Assembly (NCBI GenBank): GCA_038108555.1
Contig: JAYNIA010000004.1
Location: forward strand, 640 to 64,639
Origin: Nitrospinota bacterium
Lineage (GTDB): Bacteria > Nitrospinota > Nitrospinia > Nitrospinales > VA-1
Direction of reading: 5' to 3'
DNA length: 64,000 nt
The notes beneath the pieces are model-generated. The model was given only the letters and a program-made list of their open reading frames with translations, did not search any database and was not told the origin of the DNA. Below are positions 9,723-19,170 of this stretch, in pieces; position 1 is the first letter of the stretch, and each line of letters starts with the position of its first letter. The translations under genes were made by a program, and so were the position numbers.

Positions 9723-11789
9723 TTATTTCACAACTATTTTTGAAAAATCTGCCAGGCCCGAAAACAGTTCGGAAATATCCCGCAGTAGGCATAATCTGTT
9801 TGTGCAAAGTGCTTGATCATCAACCATGACCATCACATTATCAAAGAAATTATCCACTGCCGGTTTGATTTCCCCCATTTTCTCAAGTGCCTTTGAAAAC
9901 TCTTTCTTCTGGATATGATCTAAAACCGGATTTCGAACTTTTAAGAATGCTTCATACAATTGCTTTTCTGCAGGTTCGTTCAACAAACCTGGATCGATAT
10001 CTCCATCCACTTTCTTATTTAAAATACTGACCACCCGCCGGAAAGCAATGGATAGGGGCTCAAAATAAGGTTGCTTTTTCAAATCAGAAAATGCAACCAC
10101 CTTTGCTTTTACATCAACGATGGAATCCATCCCCGTTGATAAAACACAATCAATGGCATCATAGGGGAAATCTTCTCCACTCAACAGGGATTTGTACCTT
10201 TGGGAAAATAAATCATCCACATGTTTTCTTATTTCCTCCTTTTCCAGCTTGGCCTTATCGCCAATTAGATTGAGGCTGTCCTCAATAAGATTCTGAAAAG
10301 GAAACTGCCATCCGCGATCGAGTATGATTTGTAAAATACCCAGGGCATGTCTCCTTAATCCATAAGGATCTTCCGAACCCGTGGGTATCAGCTTGACAGC
10401 GATGCATCCGACTATGGTATCCAGCTTATCGGCAACAGCAACAACAGCCCCCACATCACTTGAAGGTAATTCGTCTCCCGCAAATGTAGGCCGATAATGC
10501 TCTTTCACTGCCTGTGCCACCTGCGGGTCCTCCCCGGAATGCTCCGCATAATAGCCTCCCATGATCCCCTGCAATTCCGGGAACTCAAACACCATCTGGC
10601 TGACTAAATCCGCCTTACATAAATGGGCCGCACTTCTTACCTGTGGCTCCATAGCGGGACAAACCTGGCTCGCCAGAATTCCGGCAAGATCAGTGACCCG
10701 TGTCGTTTTTTCGTAAATGGTTCCCAGTTTTTTCTGAAAAACGACCCCTTTTAAAAGCTCCACAAAATCTTCCAGGTTTTTCTTTCGGTCTTCATCGTAA
10801 AAAAAGCGGGCGTCTTCCAACCGTGCTCGCAGAACACGTTCATTTCCTTTTTGGATTTCCTTCCCTTCACTGGCCGGCATGTTGCTGATGGTAATAAAAC
10901 AGGGGAGAAGCTTGTTTTCCTTATCCCAAACCGGAAAATATTTCTGATGGTATTTCATCGTAATCACCAGAAGCTCCTCCGGCAATTCCAGAAACCGCGA
11001 ATCAAAATCTCCCTTTATCGCTACGGGAAATTCCACCAGGTAATTAACAAGGTTGAGTAATTCTTCATCTTGCTTTATATGGCCCCCTACCTGTCCTGCC
11101 AGTTCCTGGACTTGCTGTAGAATGGATTTTTTCCTCTCACTAGGATCAACCATTAATGAATGCTTTTCACATTCATTTAAATATGATTCAAGACTCTGGA
11201 AATTAAACTTTTCAGGGTTTAAGAAACGATGCCCTCTTGAGTCCATTGCGTTCGCAATTCCGTCAAATTCAAACTCCAACGCTTTCCCATCAAACAGGGC
11301 CGCCACCCAATGCAAGGGTCGCGCAAAGGGACGCGATTTATTCTCCCAACGCATTTTTTTCTGGAAGGGGATTTCATTTATGAATTGCGGCAAGTACTCA
11401 TTTAATAATGAAGACGTGGACCGGCCTTTATTTTCAACCCGGGCACAAACCACTTCACCTTTGGGGGTATCTTTTCGAATAAGATCAGCTACATCAATCC
11501 CCTTTCCTCGGGCAAAACCGATTGCAGCTTTTGTAGGTTGACCCTGATCATCGTAGGCCCTGGAAACGCCCGGCCCCAGGAACTCATCCACTGAATCTTC
11601 CTGCATTTCCATCACCCCTTTGACGGAAGCAACCAACCTCCTTGGAGTCCCCATTATTCTGGGCTCTTCTGCATCAATCCGGTTCTTTGAAAAAAAAGAG
11701 GACAACTCTTTTTTCATGTATTTCAAAGCCGGTTCAACATACCCGGAAGGAATTTCTTCAGATCCTATTTCTAAAAAAAATTCAGGCAT
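9723..11789 (-). CDS. glyS: glycine--tRNA ligase beta subunit
   Basis: MPEFFLEIGSEEIPSGY start typical of GlyS; ~690 aa. The tracked ORF extends 19 codons further upstream, which I consider unlikely to be translated. Confidence 0.9.
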   Translation of the reverse strand: MPEFFLEIGSEEIPSGYVEPALKYMKKELSSFFSKNRIDAEEPRIMGTPRRLVASVKGVMEMQEDSVDEFLGPGVSRAYDDQGQPTKAAIGFARGKGIDVADLIRKDTPKGEVVCARVENKGRSTSSLLNEYLPQFINEIPFQKKMRWENKSRPFARPLHWVAALFDGKALEFEFDGIANAMDSRGHRFLNPEKFNFQSLESYLNECEKHSLMVDPSERKKSILQQVQELAGQVGGHIKQDEELLNLVNYLVEFPVAIKGDFDSRFLELPEELLVITMKYHQKYFPVWDKENKLLPCFITISNMPASEGKEIQKGNERVLRARLEDARFFYDEDRKKNLEDFVELLKGVVFQKKLGTIYEKTTRVTDLAGILASQVCPAMEPQVRSAAHLCKADLVSQMVFEFPELQGIMGGYYAEHSGEDPQVAQAVKEHYRPTFAGDELPSSDVGAVVAVADKLDTIVGCIAVKLIPTGSEDPYGLRRHALGILQIILDRGWQFPFQNLIEDSLNLIGDKAKLEKEEIRKHVDDLFSQRYKSLLSGEDFPYDAIDCVLSTGMDSIVDVKAKVVAFSDLKKQPYFEPLSIAFRRVVSILNKKVDGDIDPGLLNEPAEKQLYEAFLKVRNPVLDHIQKKEFSKALEKMGEIKPAVDNFFDNVMVMVDDQALCTNRLCLLRDISELFSGLADFSKIVVK

Positions 11790-12000
11790 ATAGAACAAAT
11801 ATTTAGACTGTAAAAGTTTCCTGAAATCAAATGAGAAAAATGGCAAAAAGGGGTATTATCGAGCAAAAAATTTCAAAGTCAACCTTCAGAATTATGAAAC
11901 GAATCTTAATTTCCGGTTATTATATTATGATATATTCATAAACTTATGCGATGTTAATCTATCCAGTTTTTCTTTGATCGAAATGTAACGCGAATCACAA

Positions 12001-12207
12001 ATGACAACCATTATTTTAGTCATTATTGCCTTGGCCATTGCCGCCGGAGTCGTATCCAAAATGGTAAAAAAAGACTCCCCGGGGACAAAGGGCTCGAAAT
12101 CGTCTAATGATTCCCAAGAGAAACCCGGAAGACCTAAATTAAGGGATCCCAACCAAGCCAAAAAAGCCAAAGCCATGGTGGATAAAGCCATCCAAATGTC
12201 CCCGTAA
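12001..12207 (+). CDS. small single-pass membrane peptide with Lys-rich tail (68 aa), unknown function
   Basis: N-terminal hydrophobic helix TIILVIIALAIAAGVV, then a K/S/P-rich tail. Stop TAA (12205-12207) directly abuts the ATG of the next gene. No clear SD. A competing antisense ORF at 11925-12224 cannot be excluded. Confidence 0.45.
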   Translation: MTTIILVIIALAIAAGVVSKMVKKDSPGTKGSKSSNDSQEKPGRPKLRDPNQAKKAKAMVDKAIQMSP

Positions 12208-14409
12208 ATGGGCGTGGGAGACATTAAGCTTTATGCACCCCCAAATGAACCGGAACTGTTTATTGGCAGAAAAGAAATATTTAAGGATGTCGTTGCTCGA
12301 ACGGGAAAACCTCCTGTAATGATAAGCTTTAGCGGGCCTCAGGGAATCGGCAAAACCACAATGGCCGTTATGATGATCAAACGGTTCTCTTCACAATTTC
12401 CTGGGGACCAGGTTTTTATGGATATGCGCGGAAGTGACCCGAAAGCCCCTTCCCCGTTCGAAATCATGAGCCGGATAATTACCCGGTTTAAGCCCAATCA
12501 ACCTTTACCGGCAGATACCAAAGCCCTGACGAAACTTTATCGATCTATCCTAAAAAGGCAAAAAGGAATACTCATTCTCGACAACGTTTCAGGCCCCAAA
12601 CAGATAAAACCCCTGATTCCACCTCCCTCCTGGCTTTTTATCATCACCTCCGTAAAAACCCTGAACCTTCCGGGGTTTGTATCCATTAAGCTGGATACTC
12701 TGGACTTTCTGGATTCACACAATATGCTCACCCGGTTGTGCCCCAAGCTAAGTCATGCCATTAAGGATATTTCAAAAATCTGTAAAGATGTTCCCATTGC
12801 CCTTGATTTGACTGGAAAACTGTTTGCAATCAATTCCACAATGGACCCTGAATATTTTGCCAACAAATTTCGAGATGTAAAAAAAAGCCTGGGCCATGGC
12901 GACAACGAAACTGCCGCAACGGGAATCGAATCTTCCCTGAAATTCAGTTATTCCTTACTCCCGGATAAGGCCGCAAGCGTACTTCGAAAATTAACCGTAT
13001 TTCCCGGATCATTTAGCGCCAAAGCAGAATCTTTTGTTTGCGAAGATAATGACAATCTGTCTCTCGTGGGGCTCGTCCAATATGGACTGGTTGAAGTCAA
13101 TGAAAATACAGAGCGTTTTCATCTGCATGATTTGGTAAGAAAATATGTAAAACCCCTGGTTTCAGCCGGGGAACAAGGTATGGCTGAAAGACGATTGGCA
13201 ACGGAGTTTATGAATGCACTTGAAACCGTCAACAAGCTCATGGAAAAAGGAGGAAAACCGGAAACGAAAGGCTTGATGTTCTTCGACCAGGAACTGGACA
13301 ATATCAAAGCGGGCCAGGAATGGAGCCAGAAGAACTGCTCCAAAGATCAAGATGCTGCCAAAGTCTGTAGCGCCTATACAAAAAATGGAGCGGAAATCAT
13401 CGTAAAAAGATTACAACCTGCAGAAACCATTCGCTGGTTTGAAGCCGCCTTATCTGCCGCCAAACAATTGGGAGATAGTGAGGCCGAGCGTATGCACCTT
13501 CTGAGCCTGGGACCGGAATATAACCGGATGAAACAACCTCAAAAAGCCATGGAATTTATGGAACGGGCTCTCAGTCTTTGCAAAAAAGAGGGTGATCACC
13601 AGGGTGAAAAAGTGGCCATCAAACAATTGGGTTTAGCTGCCTTTGCTTTAAAAAATTATAAACGTGCGGTGGAGTTTCTGGAGCAAGATCTCAAATTCAC
13701 AGAAGCTGCCGGTGATAAAGTCGAAGAGTTGAATATTCTTGAAAAACTGGGCACTTCTCACAATCACATCGGGGAATTTCAAAAAGCCGTTGAATATGGA
13801 GAACAGGCTTTTGAACGGGCACAACAAAGCGGCGACAAAATCAAACAGGTTCATCTACTTAATATGTTGGGAGAAACCTGTTTGGGGTTGGAAGAAATGG
13901 ATAAAGCCATCGACTATTTTGAAAACGGCCTGGATTTATCACAAAGAACAAAAGAACGGCCTTTGGAAAATGAGATCACACAAAAATTGAGTGAGATTGC
14001 TGTTAACTCCGGGGATGTGTCAAAAGCCCTGGCCTACCTGGAAAACGGGCTGGCCTCTGCCCGAAAAAACAAGGATGTTCAAGGTGAAGGTGAAATTTTA
14101 ATGCAATTAGGGGATACCCATTTTGAAAATAAAAATAACGACCAGGCCGCAATTTATTTTGAAGATGCTTTAGAACTATCTAAAAAGTCTGGCAACAAAG
14201 AATTGGAAGCAAACGCACTCTGGAAAATCAGTATTGGGTTGGGAAATGAGGATAGATTTGTTGAAGCCAGTGAGAAAGCCAATGAGGCTTTAATGATTTA
14301 TGAAGAAATTCAGCACCCGGATGTTATGACGGTGCGAACTCAAATCAGGAAGTGGTCTAGTGGCGGTGGAGGCTCCCCCGTACCTGATAATACAAACTCA
14401 CCCGGTTAG
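12208..14409 (+). CDS. STAND NTPase: NB-ARC-type P-loop domain plus C-terminal TPR array; no N-terminal effector domain
   Basis: Walker [10 protein letters not shown], Walker [15 protein letters not shown] (TTR-like), [26 protein letters not shown] (winged-helix segment), HLHDLV (MHD-like). Then ~8-9 TPR-like units (repeating G-D/E-x-x-K/E-A-x-x-x-x-E-x-A/G-L). Confidence 0.85.
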   Translation: MGVGDIKLYAPPNEPELFIGRKEIFKDVVARTGKPPVMISFSGPQGIGKTTMAVMMIKRFSSQFPGDQVFMDMRGSDPKAPSPFEIMSRIITRFKPNQPLPADTKALTKLYRSILKRQKGILILDNVSGPKQIKPLIPPPSWLFIITSVKTLNLPGFVSIKLDTLDFLDSHNMLTRLCPKLSHAIKDISKICKDVPIALDLTGKLFAINSTMDPEYFANKFRDVKKSLGHGDNETAATGIESSLKFSYSLLPDKAASVLRKLTVFPGSFSAKAESFVCEDNDNLSLVGLVQYGLVEVNENTERFHLHDLVRKYVKPLVSAGEQGMAERRLATEFMNALETVNKLMEKGGKPETKGLMFFDQELDNIKAGQEWSQKNCSKDQDAAKVCSAYTKNGAEIIVKRLQPAETIRWFEAALSAAKQLGDSEAERMHLLSLGPEYNRMKQPQKAMEFMERALSLCKKEGDHQGEKVAIKQLGLAAFALKNYKRAVEFLEQDLKFTEAAGDKVEELNILEKLGTSHNHIGEFQKAVEYGEQAFERAQQSGDKIKQVHLLNMLGETCLGLEEMDKAIDYFENGLDLSQRTKERPLENEITQKLSEIAVNSGDVSKALAYLENGLASARKNKDVQGEGEILMQLGDTHFENKNNDQAAIYFEDALELSKKSGNKELEANALWKISIGLGNEDRFVEASEKANEALMIYEEIQHPDVMTVRTQIRKWSSGGGGSPVPDNTNSPG

Positions 14410-15281
14410 GATGTTTTTTTCAATAGTGGAAATTGCATCGCCTCTCTCTGCTGCACATACCCCTCCGCACATAATCGTGCCAGGTTTCGAACCCTCCCAA
14501 TAAAACCGGTTCTTTCTGTAACGCTAATGGCACCCCGGGCATCCAGCAGATTAAAGACGTGGGAACATTTCAAGGTGTAATCGTAAGCAGGAAGAACCAG
14601 TTCTTTTTCCAGTAACTCTTTCGCCTCCGATTCATTCATGTCAAACCATTGAAATAATCTTTTTTTACTCGAAGCCTCAAAGTTATAGCGTGAAAACTGT
14701 TTCTCCGTTTCGAGATGGACATCGCCATATAGTAGGTTTTCATTCCACTTCAGGTCGTAAACGTTTTCCACATTCTGGAGGTACATTGCGATCCGTTCTA
14801 ATCCATAAGTCAGTTCCGCAGTTACGGGTTTTAAATCGATACCCCCTACTTGTTGGAAATACGTGAATTGTGTGATTTCCATTCCATCGAGCCAGACTTC
14901 CCAACCGAGACCCCAGGCACCCAACGTAGGTGACTCCCAATCATCTTCCACAAAACGGATATCATGTTTCATCGGGTCTACACCCAAAGCCGTGAGGCTG
15001 TTTAGGTATTGGTCCTGCACATCCTGAGGAGAGGGTTTAAGGATGGTCTGAAACTGGTAATAATGTTGCAACCGGTTGGGGTTTTCCCCGTATCTGCCAT
15101 CGGTGGGTCGTCGGGAAGGCTCGACATAGGCGGCATTATAGGGTTCGGGACCCAAAACCCTGAAAAAAGTAACGGGATTAAATGTACCGGCACCGACCTC
15201 AATATCATAAGGTTGGTGAATGGCACATTCACGAGAGGCCCAATAGTTTTGCAGATTTAATATGATGTCCTGAAAATACAT
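14406..15281 (-). CDS. glyQ: glycine--tRNA ligase alpha subunit
   Basis: [36 protein letters not shown] is a near-canonical GlyQ N-terminus; 291 aa. Confidence 0.95.
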   Translation of the reverse strand: MYFQDIILNLQNYWASRECAIHQPYDIEVGAGTFNPVTFFRVLGPEPYNAAYVEPSRRPTDGRYGENPNRLQHYYQFQTILKPSPQDVQDQYLNSLTALGVDPMKHDIRFVEDDWESPTLGAWGLGWEVWLDGMEITQFTYFQQVGGIDLKPVTAELTYGLERIAMYLQNVENVYDLKWNENLLYGDVHLETEKQFSRYNFEASSKKRLFQWFDMNESEAKELLEKELVLPAYDYTLKCSHVFNLLDARGAISVTERTGFIGRVRNLARLCAEGYVQQREAMQFPLLKKTS

Positions 15282-15319
15282 AGCGGATAGGGTTTATCAA
15301 AGAAAAACAAACAAAGCAA

Positions 15320-15342
15320 CCCCCACGGCGAGCCGCCGCAGG
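15320..15342 (+). repeat. partial copy of GC-hairpin repeat module R
   Basis: CCCCCACGGCGAGCCGCCGCAGG resembles GGCGGCG-M-ACCGCCGCAGG of the copies at 21879 and 39359. Confidence 0.35.
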
Positions 15343-15399
15343 CAATAGGTCGGAACCTAAGGCTAAAAGCCTTTATTCAAATAACCCGATGGCAAGGTT

Positions 15400-15753
15400 T
15401 CAAAGAGGAAACTTTAGGTCCTCCCCTGGGCAGGCCTGTTCGATCAAGATATCGACCACTTGTTTGATCGCCTGCACATGTTCTTTTGCAGATGGCATGG
15501 CATCGTAATCCGTTTCCTCCTGATCCAGAGAAATAATTCCTTCTCCAAGGTAATTGCAATAGAAAGCTCCCAGCGGATTGAATTTTTCCAGCGGTTCGTT
15601 TTCCCGACGGGAGTTCACTATGACCATGGCCTGAGAATCTTCCTCTCCGGGGTAAATCTCAAAAGGACCGTTATTCTTCAAACTGTTCTGTTTGCAATAG
15701 GTAAGGATACGATCCATATCCTCAGGTGAAATCGCTTTATAAACGGTATGCAA
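15400..15753 (-). CDS. hypothetical protein (117 aa)
   Basis: ORF co-directional with, and between, the GspB-like gene and glyQ; no motif recognised. Confidence 0.45.
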   Translation of the reverse strand: MHTVYKAISPEDMDRILTYCKQNSLKNNGPFEIYPGEEDSQAMVIVNSRRENEPLEKFNPLGAFYCNYLGEGIISLDQEETDYDAMPSAKEHVQAIKQVVDILIEQACPGEDLKFPL

Positions 15754-15800
15754 GGTTTTCTTCCGAAATTTTAGTGCGAATCTTTTTAAAAGAGCTGACC

Positions 15801-16580
15801 TCAGCCACCGGACTGACCGATTGCCATAAAAACAGATTCCCCTTTATATGCAAAGACAGCTCCTGTTGATTCTATTTTCATAAGAGTGGCGGAATGAATG
15901 GAGTCCCCAATCTTCATTTTTTGATTGTTGGTTCGTGGTGTTGAAACAAAAATGTGATTGGAGGAACTTTCAGGCGAGAAAAATATAATCCCTTTTACTT
16001 TTAACCCGGGAATGGAGCCATGGCTCCTTAGCTTGGAAACTTGAATTTCATCCGGTTCATCCGCTAAGGATTTTGCGGATGCGATCAGCGATTGAATTTC
16101 ATAGATATCCTGTTCCTCAAGTGCAGGGCGCGAAACCTGGGGAACCGGCTTCTTTATTCGCTCAACCACTTTCTCTGGTACTTGAGGCTTTTCTTTTTCT
16201 AAAGCGTAATATTCCTCTTCTGAAACCGCCTCAGGATAAAGTTCCTGTTTTTTTTGTTCTGGAATGTTTGAAAGCGGAATTCCCGGGACCGAATTGGAGT
16301 CTTGCTTCTTTACAGGGGGGGTCTCTTGCAAAAAAACGGGTTGAGGTCGTGGAGCTTGGACGATTTGCCTGTCTTCAGGCTTGCCTTTCCAAAGCCAGGC
16401 AATTGCAATCCCTACCCCGGCAAAAACCAGGGCACCTTTCAAAATATTTTTTCTGGAAAAGAAAGAATCGATATCAAAACTTTCTTCGTCCTGAAGAACC
16501 AGTTCTTTTAAATCGACCTTTTTTTCTAAAACGCTTTTTTCTTCTTCAAGTTTTTTTAGCGTTTTTAAAATCGTGCTCAT
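15801..16580 (-). CDS. GspB/ExeB-like protein (N-terminal membrane anchor, Pro-rich linker, C-terminal T2SSB-like domain)
   Basis: TM segment ALVFAGVGIAIAWLW. C-terminus LKVKGIIFFSPESSSNHIFVSTPRTNNQKMKIGDSIHSATLMKIESTGAVFAYKGESVFMAIG resembles the GspB C-terminal domain. Lies 26 nt downstream of the ExeA-like gene. Confidence 0.5.
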   Translation of the reverse strand: MSTILKTLKKLEEEKSVLEKKVDLKELVLQDEESFDIDSFFSRKNILKGALVFAGVGIAIAWLWKGKPEDRQIVQAPRPQPVFLQETPPVKKQDSNSVPGIPLSNIPEQKKQELYPEAVSEEEYYALEKEKPQVPEKVVERIKKPVPQVSRPALEEQDIYEIQSLIASAKSLADEPDEIQVSKLRSHGSIPGLKVKGIIFFSPESSSNHIFVSTPRTNNQKMKIGDSIHSATLMKIESTGAVFAYKGESVFMAIGQSGG

Positions 16581-16606
16581 TTTCTACGCTCTTAAATGAA
16601 GAAGAA

Positions 16607-18691
16607 TTACCGGGTTACCAGCTCAGGAGTTGAATAAATTTGAAGCAGGTTATATACCAGCATCTTACTATCTGTTTGAAACACTCCATCATCTTTAATG
16701 TTGTTGTTACGCTGGAAGTTTCTTACAGCACGAATTGTTTTCGGCCCATATAAAGGAGCCTCTCTTCCCTGGAAGTAACCTAAAAGGCGAAGGTTTTTTT
16801 GTAACCAGATCGCTTCCTTCCCTTCAAAACCCAGGCCAAGGGAATCGGGAAGATTTTCAAAATCTTTCCAATAAACGATGGCCTTTCGTGTCCACAACGA
16901 ATTGATTATTGAAAGCGGCATTTCAATTTTATCTACAGATCCGAAAACTCCATTGTCTCCTTTTATAGAAGACAAAGACAGATACTTGGTTCCCTGAGCA
17001 TTCGGAAGCGCCATTTCCAACAGGGCAGGATAATTCAGACTCTGCAAACGTTTTATGGTTCCATTCAATTCATATTGAAGTAACTGATTATCATTTGCGA
17101 AGGTTTCCAGATCTTCCTGTGTGTTAAGGTTTTCAGGTTTTATACCCCAGGCTTCAAAAATCCATTTAACCGCTTCAAGCTTACTCTCCATTAAAGTCAG
17201 GCTGGACAAATACGTAACCAGTTTTTCTGAATCGGTAATAATTAATGGACCTTGAACAGCCACTTTTTGTGGAGCAGGTTCAACCACTACCGTTGGTTGT
17301 GGAACGGACTCAGGAACATGGAGTGGGAAACTGGGTGTGACCGTTGCAGAGGAAGCGGAATAATTGATCAACTCACCCGGTGATGACAAGTCGATAGGGT
17401 CTTCCTTGATTAAAGCGGCAATGTCTTTTCCCTGCGGTTTGTTTTCAAAACTGGGTAACGCAAAATAGTTCAAAGCAAAAAATCCGACACCTGCTGCAAT
17501 TGTGGAAGGGATCACCAGTTTCCAGAATTTATTGGACCAGGACTCCAATGGAACGAGGGTTCCAATATCTTTCACAGCTGTTTTTACAATTTCCGGGTCG
17601 ATCTTTTTGGTACTCTCTGTATAAGCGATGAGCAAGGTCCGATCACAAATAACATTGATCATCCGAGGAATGCCGCGTGAAAAACGATAGACCGTTTCAA
17701 CTGCGGGACGGGAGAAGCGCACCTTTCCCTTACCCAAAGCAACGTTTAGTCTGTGCTGAATATAACCCCGGGTTTCTTCCAGATTCAGAGGCAACAACTC
17801 CCATTGAATGGTAATCCGTTGCCGTAACTGGCGAAGCTCCTCCTTGGCCAGCACGTTGTCCAATTCCGGCTGTCCAATGAGAACGATCTGAATTAGTTTT
17901 TCCGTGTCAGTCTCAAGATTGGAAAGTAATCTCAATTGCTCCATTACATTAGGTTGCAGGTCTTGAGCTTCATCAATGATAACCACCACACGATGGCCTT
18001 TGGCCCTTTCTTCAAGTAGAAAGGCATTGAGAACATCGATCAGTTTCTTTTTACTTTTGCTTTTTCCAGGCAAACCCAATTCACTATTGATCGTCTGCAA
18101 CAATTCCAGTTCATTGATAGCGGGATTGAATATGTAAGCTATATTGAAATCCGTTCTTAGCTCCCTAAGAAAGCTTCTGCAGATCATGGTCTTCCCAGTT
18201 CCCACTTCACCAACAATTTTCAGGAAACCATTATTCTCCTGCAAACCATAAACCAGATGCGCCAAAACCTCTTTATGCTTTGGACTTAAATACAAATATT
18301 TTGGATCAGGTGTGAGGTCGAAAGGCTTTTCAGAAAAACCGAAGAAGTCCTGATACACGTTTTGGTGTTTTGGACTTTTTTCGCGTTCCTTGCTGCCAAT
18401 AAATTGAAGAGGACCGGGCTTTACAGGGGCCACCGGCTCGGGACCCTTTTTTACCTTTGCTACAGCATCATAGGCTTCACGCTTATCTTTATTGGAAAGG
18501 GTGTCATAAGCCTCTTGTGCTGCCTCAATTTGCTCTTTCAAGGTTGGCTTGTCTGGCGACTCAGTTTTGCCTTCGGAAGAATCAAACTTGCTTATCAATT
18601 TCTGATAGGCGCGGTCGATCTCCTTTTGATTTGCGTCGCGTTCTACTCCCAATAATTCGTAAAAATCCGGTGATTGAACTTCAGATATCAT
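16607..18691 (-). CDS. ExeA/GspA-type AAA ATPase with N-terminal J-like domain (no HPD), a TM segment and a C-terminal peptidoglycan-binding domain
   Basis: DFYELLGVERDANQKEIDRAYQKLISKFDSS...AYDTLSNKDKREAYD (J-like). FFGFSEKPFDLTPDPKYLYLSPKHKE...GEVGTGKTM (ExeA-type P-loop). VVIIDEAQ (Walker B). TM PSTIAAGVGFFALNYFAL. C-terminus LQKNLRLLGYFQG...TIRAVRNFQRNNNIKDDGVF (PG_binding_1-like). Confidence 0.8.
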   Translation of the reverse strand: MISEVQSPDFYELLGVERDANQKEIDRAYQKLISKFDSSEGKTESPDKPTLKEQIEAAQEAYDTLSNKDKREAYDAVAKVKKGPEPVAPVKPGPLQFIGSKEREKSPKHQNVYQDFFGFSEKPFDLTPDPKYLYLSPKHKEVLAHLVYGLQENNGFLKIVGEVGTGKTMICRSFLRELRTDFNIAYIFNPAINELELLQTINSELGLPGKSKSKKKLIDVLNAFLLEERAKGHRVVVIIDEAQDLQPNVMEQLRLLSNLETDTEKLIQIVLIGQPELDNVLAKEELRQLRQRITIQWELLPLNLEETRGYIQHRLNVALGKGKVRFSRPAVETVYRFSRGIPRMINVICDRTLLIAYTESTKKIDPEIVKTAVKDIGTLVPLESWSNKFWKLVIPSTIAAGVGFFALNYFALPSFENKPQGKDIAALIKEDPIDLSSPGELINYSASSATVTPSFPLHVPESVPQPTVVVEPAPQKVAVQGPLIITDSEKLVTYLSSLTLMESKLEAVKWIFEAWGIKPENLNTQEDLETFANDNQLLQYELNGTIKRLQSLNYPALLEMALPNAQGTKYLSLSSIKGDNGVFGSVDKIEMPLSIINSLWTRKAIVYWKDFENLPDSLGLGFEGKEAIWLQKNLRLLGYFQGREAPLYGPKTIRAVRNFQRNNNIKDDGVFQTDSKMLVYNLLQIYSTPELVTR

Positions 18692-18979
18692 GCGCTTTCT
18701 TCCATCTGGTTAGTAAAAAATTCTCTCATTTCGAGAAAACAAAATTAAACACACAACTATTTGATAAATAGATGGTTAATTTAATTTCGCCCAATAGGGT
18801 TATTGTAGACCTATTTTCTCAAAAAATCAATAAAGTCTTTATAAACAAATAGTTATTAAATATCCTGAAATAGGCAGGAAAAATAGCTTCAAAAATGAAT
18901 TTTGGAAAACGGGCAAAGGTTGCTTTGCCCTCAGGAAAAAATTGGATGGTAAAATTGGAGAAAATATTTTGGTTTGAAA

Positions 18980-19159
18980 ATGAAAAAAAAGAAAGTATTA
19001 AATTGTCCTATTTGCAAGGAGCCCGCAGTTTTAGATAAGGATAAAAACCCCTACCTCCCGTTTTGTTCGGAACGCTGCCGCACCATTGACCTGGGTGCCT
19101 GGCTGGATGAGAAATATGTCATCGAAAGCGATGAATCTTTTTTTGATTCGGAGCAATAG
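18980..19159 (+). CDS. yacG: DNA gyrase inhibitor YacG (zinc-finger protein)
   Basis: CPICKEP...PFCSERCRTIDLGAWLDEKY matches the YacG zinc-ribbon signature. Confidence 0.8.
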   Translation: MKKKKVLNCPICKEPAVLDKDKNPYLPFCSERCRTIDLGAWLDEKYVIESDESFFDSEQ

Positions 19160-19170
19160 AGGAAGGGATA

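Noticed and set aside
12208-14409. Calling the STAND NTPase a known Avs/bNACHT-type antiphage protein
   Set aside because: It has no nuclease, protease, TIR or other effector domain, and I cannot run family-level searches, so it is reported only as a candidate.
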